A stretch of DNA of 63,938 bases, counting the filler, from Octopus bimaculoides (taxonomy: Eukaryota), in assembly GCF_001194135.2 (NCBI RefSeq). It is 4 parts of 4 records of this genome, joined end to end, with 100 filler letters (N's around TTAATTAATTAA, not from the genome) between each part and the next. Parts side by side here need not be neighbours in the genome. Positions count along the whole stretch, not along the records: positions 49,337 to 63,938 come from NC_068987.1; 3 more parts are not named here. The stretch is one strand, 5' to 3'. The position numbers and the translations under genes were made by a program. The notes beneath the pieces are model-generated. The model searched no databases and had not been told where the DNA came from. It worked only from the letters and a program-made list of their open reading frames with translations. This document shows positions 49,550 to 63,930 of this stretch, in pieces. Positions within the stretch are counted from its first letter, which is position 1. The number at the start of each line of letters is the position of its first letter.

Positions 49550-49985
49550 ATACGACGGGCTTCTTTCAGTTTCCGTCTACCATATCCACTCACAAGGCTT
49601 TGGTCAGCGCAAGGCTATAGTAGAAGACACTTGCCAATGTGCCACGCAGTGGGACTGAACCCAGAACCATGTGGTTTGTAAGCAAACTACTTACCATACA
49701 ACTACTCCATATATATATGCGTGAGAAAGGCTTTGTAACCACATGTTGTTTTCGGATTCAGTCCTACAGCGTGGAGCCTTAGCAAAACCTATGCTAATAT
49801 AGCCCCAGCCTGTCTGATGACTTATGAGTGTAACTGGTAGGCGGAAAGTATGTGAAAATTCAATGTATATATGTGTTGTGTGTTCTGGTGTGTGCGTGTT
49901 TTGTCTGTGTTCGTCCTTCTACACCAATTTACAACCGGAGTTGGTTTGTTTACAACACCGTAACGAAGTCGCTGTTACGAAGTAT
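49550..49985. mobile_element. SINE family B: minus-strand 5' half plus degraded plus-strand copy
   Basis: CGACGGGCTTCTTTCAGTTTCCGTCTACC...ACTTACCA(-); then AACCACATG..TTCAGTCC..TTTACAAC..CGTAAC(+). Confidence 0.65.
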
Positions 49986-50203
49986 TAATCTCTTCGTAGT
50001 GGTTCTCTGTAGCTATTGAATTTCCTGAGTATATAAGCAGTGTGACTACATGTCGCTCTGCTATTGGTCAAATTAGGAAGACACCTCTGATGAGTTTAGA
50101 TTGTCATCATCTTTTCAATCGTCTTTTCAATCTGCAGAGAAATAGGTAATGTTACGACTCTGTACGGTTCCTACGTAGATGTACATACCCGTACGCACGC
50201 ACG

Positions 50204-50236
<33 letters not shown>

Positions 50237-50268
50237 GCACACACACACGCACACACGCACACTCACAC

Positions 50269-50314
<46 letters not shown>

Positions 50315-51333
50315 TAATCACTGACAAGGAAACAAGCTCGCTACGGTCACAGATAAAGCCAGATCATAGATGATCTCGCATTTTGATGCTTAACGCACCT
50401 TAATACTCATTCGCGTTAATTCGTCAAACTAGAAATTCTCGTACAGCACTAAGTGTTCATAATCTTAAAAGCAGAGCGTTCGGTATTATCTTATTACTGA
50501 CCACTTCATAACGTTTATCCTCTTTGATTCTAATTTATCTCCTTCCCAATGACCGAGTACGCCTATTTTTTCTTAACATGTACCTCACATTTTTAGAAAA
50601 GGAATTAGCTGAAGAGGAAGATTTGAAATGTTAAGCTGCGGAAACAGATGTTAAGGTGACTGGTGTGTAACATGATATACATTTATAACTGAGCTATTGT
50701 TTCCCGTAATAAATAGAATTGAATAAATGCTCTTAACCGGACAAAGAAACGTATAGTCTCACGCGTATCTTCGCTAGGCTTACGCCTGCAAAAATAACTA
50801 CAGAAGCTATCATATACATACAGACACATACATCAGATTATAATTTCTGCTATTCGAGGACCCTGTTGAACATATTCGATAATCACACATATATTTTTGT
50901 ATCTGTGGAACTCAGAGTAACAGAGCGTGCATACATTTAAGTGCATGCACATTAACGTGTGCTTCTGTTTGTGCGTGCGGGTGTGTGTATGTGTGTGTGT
51001 GTGTGGATTTACATTCAATGCAACGCAAACAGGGTTTCATACCAGTCCCGTGGATCGGTTTTTTGTTTAGTTCAATATCAGCTCAGCGTGATAAAATAAT
51101 ATAAGCAGGAACATTTCAATGGTGAACAAGCAATCTTTCGTACATATGTTGATTTTAACATGTTAACACGAGAATCAAGGGATTTTTGGTTGGTAATTCT
51201 ATCAGGAACAGTATATGTGTGTATATAAACTATGAGCATCTACATATGTACATATATGCGTGCGCATATATATATATATATACGTGTGTGTGTGTTCGTA
51301 TGGAGACATATATTCATATTTATACACACGCAT

Positions 51334-51389
<56 letters not shown>

Positions 51390-52841
51390 NNNNNNNNNNN
51401 NNNNNNNNNNNNNNNNNNNNNNNNNNNNNNNNNNNNNNNNNNNNNNNNNNNNNNNNNNNNNNNNNNNNNNNNNNNNNNNNNNNNNNNNNNNNNNNNNNNN
51501 NNNNNNNNNNNNNNNNNNNNNNNNNNNNNNNNNNNNNNNNNNNNNNNNNNNNNNNNNNNNNNNNNNNNNNNNNNNNNNNNNNNNNNNNNNNNNNNNNNNN
51601 NNNNNNNNNNNNNNNNNNNNNNNNNNNNNNNNNNNNNNNNNNNNNNNNNNNNNNNNNNNNNNNNNNNNNNNNNNNNNNNNNNNNNNNNNNNNNNNNNNNN
51701 NNNNNNNNNNNNNNNNNNNNNNNNNNNNNNNNNNNNNNNNNNNNNNNNNNNNNNNNNNNNNNNNNNNNNNNNNNNNNNNNNNNNNNNNNNNNNNNNNNNN
51801 NNNNNNNNNNNNNNNNNNNNNNNNNNNNNNNNNNNNNNNNNNNNNNNNNNNNNNNNNNNNNNATATATATATATATATATATATATAAATCTATTATTAT
51901 ATATACATATACGCACATACACACGCTGGCAAATACGCACACATATATATACATTTATATATATGTGTGTGTGCGTGTACCTACGTATATATTCATACAT
52001 ATACATAAGTATAATTTTATAATTTCAACTACTTTATATCATTGCTATGCCACCACTTAATCTTGTCCTATGCATACACACATGCTGTGTTGAATATTTA
52101 TTGTATTTATCACTTCGGCTAGGAAACCTTCACTCCTTATATGAGTTCGTTTCCATAAATTAGATATACTAGCCCCCTACTTTGCGAGCTGGATAACATT
52201 AAACTTACAGCTTATGTAACGTTGCCAAGCAGTTCTGTAATCAGCAATCCAAAACGCAGATATCAGTTCAATATGATTTTGCACAGTTGAAATGACGCCA
52301 ACTATCGATTTTGCTCAAGAGCATTGGACCATATTTTTATACCAGCGACCCACGTATATTACTATATTTGTTAAATCGATATTGATTTAATAAAAAGATC
52401 ATTCGATGTCAGCAGAATATTAACACACAAACAAGGGAGAGGGATTTCTTTTTTTTTTTTTTTGAAGTTTTGTATTATGACATATACAAGTTATATGTTA
52501 AGTTTTGACGTTCGAGATTTGTCCCCAAGGAAATTAAATCTGTAGCACGTTGCTAATTTTTTTATTCCTACTGGAAGCTAAAGCCTATTGCAGATTTAAA
52601 TCACCATGGTTTGGCTGAGCGACAGTATATGATCCTAAGCGATAAATCTGAGTGATAATCAATATATGTGTCGTTGGTCATTATCATCTTAGAGGAGTTT
52701 ATTTTGTTGCTGGCATTTGGGCCTGGACCCTGGCCTCAGCATTCCTCCCTTATATGCGGCTTGAAAGCTTTGAAGAAAATTATGGGCGAAGCTGTTTCTC
52801 TAGGTTTCTTTTTTTTTTTCATTTTTTTAGTTAGTTTGTGT

Positions 52842-52890
52842 GGAGGCGCAATGGCCCAGTGGTTAGGGTAGGGGCAGCGGACTGTGGTTA
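52842..52890 (+). mobile_element. SINE family C head fragment
   Basis: GGAGGCGCAATGGCCCAGTGGTTAGGG...GCAGCGGACT. Confidence 0.6.
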
Positions 52891-52943
52891 AGCAATATAA
52901 TTTAGGCAATGAAATTTTGAGAGCATCACATCTTCGAGGCATT

Positions 52944-53007
<64 letters not shown>

Positions 53008-53726
53008 AAAAAAGAAGTAGACTACGGGGCAGCTAATCATGTTCTACCAACTTCATTTCAATATTTAAGTACCGCATAAATATTCATATTGTTCCGTATT
53101 TAGACAGAGGTGTTATGGCAGAGTAGAATTAAGATGTTGTCTTCTTTCATAACTGTCAGAGGAATTTGTGATATAAAAGAAAGGAATTTGAGTGAAACTA
53201 GAAATTAAACTCTCACGTGGCACTTTTTCAGTGTTTATTCACACGGGAAAACGAAAACTATTGGTTTTCTTTGAATAAACATATAACCGAAATTTTAGAA
53301 GGTTAGGAGATAGAAGTAGTAACTTACATACGTTTTCCAATATCTGTGTCTAAATTGATTATTTCATTTCAAGAGACGATGAAATCCTTCCCGTAGCTCC
53401 CAGTTCTGCGCTTCAGCATCTTTATGCAAACCAACTGATCAGTTTGCGCACAGGAAATCTATAGCCTTTTGAATTGTTGAGTTTTGATCAGTAAGAGATG
53501 CAGCAAGACCAATGTTAAGTATTTTCCAGTTTAAATTACAGAAATTGCTAAAGAGCTCAATAACATTTTTAAAGGAATGCATCTGAGAATAACAACTTTT
53601 TGCCTACCTAAGTCACTTTTCTGATCAGTAGAAAATATAAGAATTTCAGGGACATAACAATTCAATGTACATAGAGGTAAATGATATTAAACATAAACAA
53701 CATAAAGAAAAAAAAACTAAACAAAG

Positions 53727-53825
53727 CACAACGGTAAAATAAATATATAAACACAACAGTAAAATAAATATATAAGCACAACGGTAAAATAAATATACAA
53801 ACACACCGGTAAAATATATAAACAA
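53727..53825. repeat. ~26-bp AT-rich tandem repeat, about 4 copies (CACAACGGTAAAATAAATATATAAA)
   Basis: Direct inspection. Confidence 0.7.
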
Positions 53826-55492
53826 AGCTGGTTACTCGCAAAAATATTAAGAAAAGCCTCTGACAAAAAAAATAAGAAGAAACGTAACAATAATAGCAGA
53901 AACGAACGTGCATCAAACGACACTAACAATAACAAGGAAGACGAATAAGTAAATCAAAAGAAATGAGAAAAGCATTTAAAACAGATAAAAATCAATGATA
54001 TATTCGTCAGTGTCGATAAACAGGAGAAAAAAATATGCCAACATTATTTTATATTATATAATGAGGAAAACACGAATCATAACCTCCTTTCTAAAATGTC
54101 ATTAGGCAAAATTATCAATGCAAACATTCTGAGCTTTATTCATATATAAGTATATGCATACATATGCACATATATGGCTTTATACATACATGCATACATA
54201 CATACATACATACATACATGCATACATACATACATACACACATGCATACATACATACATACCTACATACATATATACATACATACACATACATAGGTACA
54301 CATTGATGTCATCTCTATAGGCATGTATACAAGCATGCATATATTATCTATGCAAATGTGCATAAATAAATATACATACGCATATATGTACGTATATGTA
54401 TATATATATANNNNNNNNNNNNNNNNNNNNNNNNNNNNNNNNNNNNNNNNNNNNNNNNNNNNNNNNNNNNNNNNNNNNNNNNNNNNNNNNNNNNNNNNNN
54501 NNNNNNNNNNNNNNNNNNNNNNNNNNNNNNNNNNNNNNNNNNNNNNNNNNNNNNNNNNNNNNNNNNNNNNNNNNNNNNNNNNNNNNNNNNNNNNNNNNNN
54601 NNNNNNNNNNNNNNNNNNNNNNNNNNNNNNNNNNNNNNNNNNNNNNNNNNNNNNNNNNNNNNNNNNNNNNNNNNNNNNNNNNNNNNNNNNNNNNNNNNNN
54701 NNNNNNNNNNNNNNNNNNNNNNNNNNNNNNNNNNNNNNNNNNNNNNNNNNNNNNNNNNNNNNNNNNNNNNNNNNNNNNNNNNNNNNNNNNNNNNNNNNNN
54801 NNNNNNNNATATATAAATGTATATATATATAAACAAAATAGCTAGTTGTAAAATCTGAAGATACACACACACAAATATATGAGTATATATATATATATAC
54901 ATACATACATGCATACATACATACATACATACATACATACATGCATACATACATACATACATACATGTATACACATGGTCTACATTTGTGCGTGTAAATT
55001 GATGACTCACCGTGTTTTCATGTTGTTGACAACCAGAAATGCCTGCTTTCTTACAATCAAGAAAATATTTGAAATAAATGTCACATTATTACTTGAAACG
55101 TGGCAGATTCTTTATTGATGGGGCGCATATGGTGAACACCGCCACTCATGTGCCCGCGCGCCTGTATGCGTGCGTGTACGTGTGTGTATGTATGTGTACA
55201 TATATATACACTATAAGTATTTACAAACACACACATAGTTATATGTATGTATATGTGTGTGTATGTATATATATTTCTCTGTGTTAATATATGGATATAA
55301 ATGCACACATACTCATACATATTTGCACGTGGTTGCGTGTATTACTTCTTGAGGGTCAGTGTGTGTATATTTACGTGTAACAAGTTCTAGTATGTAAGAT
55401 CGTGAAAGACACCTCCTCGAGGATCAACTTTCGGACAAATTTACCTATGAAGTAGATCTGTAAGTTGATAGTGTACTTACTGGCATTTTGCA

Positions 55493-55561
<69 letters not shown>

Positions 55562-55679
55562 TATATGTGTGTATGTAATATATATATGTGTATATTATAT
55601 GTGTTTGTATGTATTGCCATGATCGACCGCTAGCCACTATAACTTTTTTAATTCTATCTCTGCTTATTTTATCGTGTTC

Positions 55680-55756
55680 CTTTCTGTTGAAGAACGTAGG
55701 CTCGAAATGTAAAAGACTTTCTCACTGAGGCTCGAAACGTAGAAGATTTTCTCACC
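55680..55756 (+). ncRNA. Degenerate Penelope-type hammerhead-like motif with partial tandem duplication
   Basis: CTTT-CTGTTGA-A-GAAC-GTAG-GCTC-GAAATGTA-AAAG, then AGGCTCGAAACGTAGAAG. Confidence 0.45.
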
Positions 55757-55837
55757 TTCCCGAACTAACACACCGGTCTTCATATTTTTTTTTTGTAAAT
55801 TCCAACTATATATATATATATACACACGCACACACAC

Positions 55838-55882
<45 letters not shown>

Positions 55883-56221
55883 TATACATATAGAGAGAGA
55901 GGCACACACATATGCATAGATGCCCACATCGCATGGATACGTGCATGGATTATGTGTATATACATCCACATATTTGTATGCATGTGCGCAGTTTCCTGGG
56001 GTACACTCTCGTTCAACAACATTTCTACGACTTTTGAAAGTGTTATGTCTGTTAGTATGTATGCATATATTAGAGTGTTCTTCTGCATGAAGCACCAACA
56101 CCTGAAACACTTTCTACTGAAAAGTAAAGCATTCCCTCTCCTAATCGCAACTATCTTCCCGTAACTTACCTTCTCTCATGATATAATCTAATTTTCTCAC
56201 CAAACTGTGAGATATATATAG

Positions 56222-56253
<32 letters not shown>

Positions 56254-56265
56254 ACTATATATGCT

Positions 56266-56329
<64 letters not shown>

Positions 56330-56330
<1 letters not shown>

Positions 56331-56527
56331 GTGTCTGTGTTTGTATCCACGCGATGGGATGACAACCAGTGCTGGTGTATTTATGTCACTGTAAATTAGC
56401 GGTTTGGCAAAATAGACCGATACAATAAGTACTAGGTTTACAAAGAATAAATTCTGAGATCGATTTCTTAGTCTTACACCCTTTACGGTGGTGCTCCAGC
56501 ATGGCTGAAACAGGTAGAAGAATAAAA
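56330..56527 (+). mobile_element. SINE family B 3' half
   Basis: GACAACC..GCTGGTGT..TTAGCGGTTTGGCAAAA..AATAAGTACTAGG..GGTGGTGCTCCAGCATGGCTG. Confidence 0.75.
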
Positions 56528-57289
56528 GTCTGATAGAATGTATGGTTTGGGAAAATGAAGTCTTTGATTGAAGAAGTGATGAAATCCTGGAAAAATACGG
56601 AGTATAGATACCCTGAACACGGAACGGTAGCCGTTTGTGTGATCTGCAGAGCAGAAATGATATCTGTTATGAAACAGATATCAGCAAAAGTTTAATGAAG
56701 TGGTCAGTCAAGCTTCGTCTGATCTTACCGATTGCAGTGGGTGAGTAATTATTTGTAGTAAATTAGAGGGGTGAAGATGAGGGTCTACAAGTCGATTAAA
56801 TGGAAATGAAAATTAACATGGGCAGTGATAGGGTCTGGGTTGTGTGCAGTAGTTGGGAATGACCAACAGTTGCATAGGTTATGTGAATTAAAGGTATGTT
56901 TAAAAATCTTAAAAGTTGGTTGGGAAATACATCAGACACCCGAAGGAACAAGAATTCAGTTTTATACACATCCATATATATGAGTGCGTGCGTCCTCGTG
57001 AACGAATGGATCCATCTATCTATCCGTCCGTCATACTATCTATCTTTCTCTATCTGTCTGGCTGTCTCTCTCTGTATTTCTTATCGACAAGCGCCAAGAA
57101 TATGAGCATAAGAAGCCATAAGGTTACATTTCTTCATCAAATATATATATAAAAAAAACTTTGGTATCTTGCTTAAGATCTCCTCCTTTAGTTTTCCATT
57201 ACTTCTGAAACTGGATCATTTATTCGTATGTGAGAAAGGGCAAGTAGATAATTGCATATAGACATATACATACGTACTTATATATATGT

Positions 57290-57320
<31 letters not shown>

Positions 57321-57916
57321 NNNNNNNNNNNNNNNNNNNNNNNNNNNNNNNNNNNNNNNNNNNNNNNNNNNNNNNNNNNNNNNNNNNNNNNNNNNNNNNN
57401 NNNNNNNNNNNNNNNNNNNNNNNNTGTATATATATATGTATATATATATATATATATACATATATGACACCCAAGGATGACTTTCCCTTTCATCTATTCG
57501 GGGTGGCTAATATAAGCCCCATTCATGTATCGAGATTGATTTAATTAACTGTGACCGCCGCCAATATACGTGGCCTCATGCCAATCATACGAATCAATAT
57601 TGTGTATGAAGTCATTCGATATATATTGAGCATTATACATCTATTCTTCAAGCTTTGGTCTCTATTTTATCTAACTGTCTCCGTAAGCTTTTTGTATAAA
57701 TATTTTAAAACCACTAAATTATAGATGATGCATTGAGCGTGTATCCTATCAATGCTTTTCTGTTTCATCTGCAGCTCCTGGAGCCCGGGAATCTTATTAA
57801 GTCATACGCTTATATGTATATTCTCTAATTGAATGTAACCGCTGTGCATTCGAAATTATTCAGAGATACTTACATATATATAATAAATACACACACACAC
57901 ATCTATATATAAGTAT

Positions 57917-58054
<138 letters not shown>

Positions 58055-58739
58055 GCAGAAGAAAATGAGTGAGAGTAAAAGATAGATAGATAAATAATAA
58101 GACAGATAGATATGTGCTAGCATTAAAATCTTAAATCAAGCTGTATAGATTTTTGTTTTATTGCGTTGTGTTTGTAAGTCTTTCGAATTCCTTAATTTGT
58201 TTATTATGTTTTCGGCAAATTGAATCTTTCATTACGCGATACATTTTGTACGTACAATATCTGGAAACATTTTCTGACATAATCATGAAAATGAATTTCT
58301 ATGTTAGCACGTGTCATTCATTATGCATCACCGTCTTTATGTAATCTGCTTGTCACCTCAAGTATTTAGTTGCAGTGCTCATTTAGTTAGCTTTTAAACG
58401 TTTTGCGATAACTACGACGTCCTCGAAGAGGCATTGGCATTGAATGTCGGTAGTCATATTGAGAGATTACTATTTGTATACTAATGAAACTTGGGGAAAT
58501 TTTAGGTTATATAAATCTTATTTTCAATCAGGTTGCGTAATTGAACCCAATCAGCCTCCTCTATTTACGCAGCATACCATACGTACAGTTCTAAATTTCT
58601 GCTTTGTTTTTACTCTTCGTCAAATGTTCAAGCATTCTGTATTTCTTAACGTTGGCAACCTTCTCAGCGATGTATACAAGTGGTTGCTGAAAATTAGCTG
58701 GCTTTAAGTGTATCGCGAATGGGTAGAGCTGTTACATTT

Positions 58740-59940
58740 ACAGGAGACGTAAGACAACTCCTTGGGAGAAGATATGCAAAAGAATCATGATATTATACAA
58801 TATGTCTTTCTCATTTTTGCATACTTAACACATGATGGCAGTTCCTACAGAGGATGTTGGTAAAATGGAAGCAGGGGCAATCATGGCATTCCACTTTTTG
58901 CGAGGAAAAAGGAGCGGCAGAAACGCATGACGTGATGAAAGAAGTCTTGAAGGATGACTGACCATCAAACTAATCCACAGTAAAAATCTTGACGTCAAGG
59001 TTCCAGACTGGTCGTTTCGAGCTCACAGATGATCCCCAGGAGGCCAACTTCCACGACCACAAAAGACGAAGCCGACGCTGTGCCGGTCATGATTACCGCG
59101 AGCCGCCGGATTTCAGCTAAAGTAATAGCTGAGACTGGAAATTTCCCACGAAAGAGTACGCCACGACGTCCACAACATTCTGGACACGGGAAAGCTTTCC
59201 GTAAAATGAGCGCCGAAATGCATGAATGCAGATCAGAAGCGCATCACAGTGACGGCATCAAAGACGATTTTGAACAGCTTTGCAGTATGAGAGGTTGAAT
59301 TTATGGTTTCTTTGGTCACTATAGATGGAACTTGATTTCATGATTATGACCCCCAAACCAAGCAGCCATCAATGGAGAGGCACCACTGCGGTTCACCAGT
59401 TCCCAAGAAGTTCGGACCCAGAAGTCAGCTGGAAAGATTCCGGCTTCATTTTTCTCGGGCGAAAACTGAGTACTCCTCATAAAACACCTGACAAAGAGTC
59501 ACACCATCAAATCAGAATACTACATGTCTCTGCTGAGCTTTGAAGCAGAAACGCTGTGGGAAGCTGAGCCATGGAATCCTGTTTTTGTAAGAGAGTGCAC
59601 TAGCACACACTCTACAGAAAATACGTGACTTCGGCTTCGAATTAATCGACCAGCCACCTTACACTCCTAACATTGCTCCTTCCGACTCTCACCTTTTTCA
59701 CAACTGAGGAAACATGTCAGGGGAACACAATTTCACTCTGATTCGGAAGTGATCACTGCTACAGCGTCCTGGTTGATGACCCCACCTTTCGAGTTCATTT
59801 TATAGGGCTTAGAAAAACTAAGGACCGCTGCAATAAATATGTAAATCTGAGAGGAGAAAATGTTGAATATAATCATGATTAACTAATGTTCCTGTATTTT
59901 CTTTTACCCAAAGCCAAGAACTTTGCAGCACACCTGCTTA
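58740..59940 (+). mobile_element. Near full-length decayed mariner transposon (DD34D-type), multiple frameshifts
   Basis: Fragments AAETHDVMKEVL, RFQTGRFELTDDP, HDYDPQTKQ, GFELIDQPPYTPNIAPSDSHLF (59630-59700; YSPDLAPSD analogue), KYVNLRGENVEY; right TIR-like CCAAGAACTTTGCAGCACACC..TA. Confidence 0.85.
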
Positions 59941-62706
59941 GAAGGTACCACTTTAAATAATGTTATGTTAATTCTACGTCCGATTTATATAAATGTATAT
60001 GCAATGTATATGTTTACTTGCGATATTCTGGTAACTTTTGATCAGGTTTGAAATAACATTAGCTTCCTATCGTTAATTTCTTGAAATTCAGTTCTGGACT
60101 TTCATGCCTTTTTACAGAGAATATGTTTAATAGTAGACTGGTGCTCCAAGTGGCACACGTCTATATTTACCATCCTCTGTATTTAAAACCTCCTAGATTT
60201 GATATACATTTTCTTTCTCTTGAATTCATAAACTAAGTAGTAATAATATATAACCGTTGAAGATTATCTGATATAACATATAATTGATTTCCTCGATAAT
60301 ATGTGCCTTCTTATTCCCAAGCACGTTCAAATGAATAACTTCTACTGTGGTCATAATGTAACATAAATCTAAAAAAAATGTTGTATGGAACTTATTAATT
60401 CCTAGGTAGCATTTGTGTTTTCAACGTTGTCGACACCACAGCATTCAATGATACTACCCATGTGCCGAAACCATAATGATATCCGTAAGGCTGCTTATTA
60501 TGGAAGTATACGTGTGACGGGCTTATTATCTGTGAATAGGAAAAATCCTGTATTTTCCTTCTCCATTCTCGTAGGGCTTAAGTTGTTAAATTGTTCTTGG
60601 TTTCTTGGTTTAAGGAGTTTTTGTTTTTTTTGCATTATACCATGCATTGATATTGTGAGATAGTTTTTCATAGGGATTCTAATTCTAGCTTAGAGAATAC
60701 TTATTTAAATCTTTCTAGTTCATGCATGTTTAGTTGATTATATTACCGTTAATTCTTAATGCACTGCACAGTTCATCACTTAAGAAATATACCAAATAGA
60801 AGTCAGGGAGAACTGCTAATGAGTCCACCAACATAATTTAATTTCATCACACAGTTCCTGCATAAAGATCAACGTAATTATTTCAAAAATGTCTTCTTCC
60901 TTCGTATTGGAAGCATATATAGCGTATCATTCGTTAATGGAGACTCAAGATGGAAAACGATGGTTCGAAAGATACCTTATTTTCTTCATATATTATTTCA
61001 CATATTCAATTTGCAATGATCCTTCTCTAGTCGCCCATATCCTTCACATTTTGTTTTCTAGGAATTCTTATGATATTTACTTGTTGCAAAATTAAATTTC
61101 CTGTACTCTTTGTTTCTGAGATTACGATATACGATATCAGTATACATATATGCTTCTTGTTTCTCAATTATTGTCGCAATTCTTGGTAGCTGCCTATGCT
61201 ATACCCTTCATAACCCATTCGAATATCTTATTGAATATGAAGATGAAAAGTGCTTGCAGAGGCAATGTACTTATGAACCCTATTGTTCCTGATTGTACAT
61301 ATCGTGCTAATATGAAAGCAAGAAATATATTTAATGTACGTAAACGAATAGTTATTTTTCAACATAAGACCTGCATTCACTCTCATGCTCACATGCACAT
61401 AGGAACACTCTTCCCTCCAATATGTATTGAATATATAAATATATATGAATATATATGTGTGTTTCTCTGTGTGTGTGTGTGTCTTTGTATGTATGTACGT
61501 ATGTATGTATGCATGTATGATTTTATATTATTGACCAAACTATGCAAGAAAAATAACAAGCGCCCTAACCAACTAGACTTCAGTGCTTCAATCAAACGTT
61601 GAATACGTTGAAAATTACAAAACAATCAGGTTAATCCAGACTTTGAAGTAAAGAATCAAAATAACACCTAAATACAACATATATATCAGGTAATCTAATA
61701 GCGTTGACCTGATCTCACGACTTACAAGGATCAACAAGAAAATACCCCTCAAATCACCTGCGCTTATTTTCAGAACGATTAAAATATTGGATATACAAGA
61801 TAAGTTTTATGATGTCTGAGAGACATGATCATATGCTTACTGAAAATTTTCTAAATTGGGGCGAATTAAGCAACAGATATTGTAACTGAGATTTTCAATA
61901 TCTGTAATGGTGGTTCTCAAAATCTCAGTGTTAATGTCTAACAAAATATACGTTGTTATTTTCGCAAGCTATATTCGAGTAATTTGCTTGAACAATTAAC
62001 AATAATCTAAAGAGGTTCTTATCGCTGTACTGCAATAAACTTCTACATACCAACAGACCCAAATAAACACATGAGAGAGAGAAGTTGAGACAAGAAGACG
62101 TAGAGAGAGGGTGTGAGAAAGAGTGTGCGTATGTGTGTGTGTGCGTTCGTCCGTGTGTGTGTCTGTTGTGTCCATATTTCTGTGCATAATACAAATATGG
62201 GCCATAATATTCAAGCAGATACATCTATGAAAGTATGTGTATATATCCCTTTAGCACGGGGTCCAAAATTGCTGCTACAGACAGAGGAAGGACTCCGTAA
62301 ACCGGAAAGGTGACATGCAACAGAGTGAACTCGACTACAGGTAACCAAAGTACAAGGTTGTGCTATGATATGCGATTGCGTGTGTATATATATTATATAT
62401 GTGTATGTATGTGTATATGTATATGTATNNNNNNNNNNNNNNNNNNNNNNNNNNNNNNNNNNNNNNNNNNNNNNNNNNNNNNNNNNNNNNNNNNNNNNNN
62501 NNNNNNNNNNNNNNNNNNNNNNNNNNNNNNNNNNNNNNNNNNNNNNNNNNNNNNNNNNNNNNNNNNNNNNNNNNNNNNNNNNNNNNNNNNNNNNNNNNNN
62601 NNNNNNNNNNNNNNNNNNNNNNNNNNNNNNNNNNNNNNNNNNNNNNNNNNNNNNNNNNNNNNNNNNNNNNNNNNNNNNNNNNNNNNNNNNNNNNNNNNNN
62701 NNNNNN

Positions 62707-62788
<82 letters not shown>

Positions 62789-62789
62789 T

Positions 62790-63175
62790 TACTCCGATCA
62801 TTCGGAGTTTTCTTTTCTCAGTCGTGTTCCAGATTTTGCAATTTCGGCTGGTTATATTCAAGATTGCTCGAGTCCTGTTATTTGTATTTGTGTAACTTTC
62901 TCCGTTTTTTCCGTCCTTGTTTTCGTATACATTCGCTGCTTTTTTTCCAAGGAATCTACTACTCCTTGTTTAATTTTTTTTCCTTGGGCCGAGCCATATC
63001 GGAGTAATCTCGAGTATAACCAGCCGAAATTCCAAAGATAATCTGGAACTTTTTCTGAGGAAAGAAAACTCCGAATGACACGTCCTTGTTTTCTTTATAT
63101 CGTCTATCCGGATGTTTTGTTATCCCTTTCTTGTATCACCTAACTTTATGGATGCTTTGCGTTCTTGTGCCATTT

Positions 63176-63180
<5 letters not shown>
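62790..63180 (+). mobile_element. Repeat family P, copy 2, with inverted 5' segment
   Basis: 62798-62869 is complementary to 63002-63078. Confidence 0.65.
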
Positions 63181-63214
<34 letters not shown>

Positions 63215-63289
63215 CGGCGTACGTACACTTTGGTCTCTCATATATATTTATCTAAATCTTGTACGATTCTATTCTTTTATTCTTTCCTT

Positions 63290-63930
63290 CTCTTATTTTT
63301 TCCTTCTTTCTATCAGCCCTTTCACGCTTACCCCATTCATTCCACTCTTTGTTCTTTCATTGCCTTCTCCTCATGCTCACGTTCCCACCTCTTTTCACCT
63401 AACTGTCTCCCTGTCATTTGTCTCGTCCCTCCTTATTTCTTCTGCCCCTCTGCCTCTACCTGTCTCTTTCTCTCTTCTCTCCACACGTGACCGATGTTCA
63501 GCCAAGCCTGACCTTTCTTTCTTGGTTCGGTCGCTGGCCACGAAACATCTATATTCTTCCCTGTGCCTGTGAAATCTTGTATCCCTCCCGTCAGGCTTTA
63601 CTTCCACACACGCCAGCTTAATTTAACTCGTCCTTAGTCAAAAGACACCTGTTGTTATGTTCTGTTATTTGTATTTGTGTTACTTTCTCCGTTCTTTCCG
63701 TCCTTGTTTTCGTATACATTCGATATTTTCTTCCAAGGAATCTAATGCCCTTAGCTTAGTTTTTCCTTGGGGCGGACCAGATTGGAGCAATCTCGAGTAT
63801 AACCAGCCGACACTGCAAAGATAATCTGGAACTCGACTGAGGAAACAAAATTCTGAATGACCTGTCCTTGTTTTCTTTATATTGTCTCTTTGGATGTTTT
63901 GGGTTTTTGTCCCATTTTGTATTTTTTCTA
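63290..63930 (+). mobile_element. Repeat family P, copy 3 (longest body, no inversion seen)
   Basis: Aligns with 28400-28807 and 62870-63170. Confidence 0.65.

Noticed and set aside
52209-56204. Chain of minus-strand GTAAGT/GTGAGT donors (52208, 53327, 55010, 56169) giving small phase-compatible exons
   Set aside because: Such hexamers are expected every few kb in AT-rich DNA, the acceptors are weak and the joined peptide matches nothing I recognise; needs RNA-seq.
56650-56740. 91-nt open segment between CTGCAG and G|GTGAGT
   Set aside because: No recognisable protein and no partner exon.
60400-61292. Tetraspanin-like hints (IECCGVDN on minus; hydrophobic IIVAILGSCLC and GILMIFTCC on plus)
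   Set aside because: The motifs are on opposite strands or frames and are interrupted by stops.
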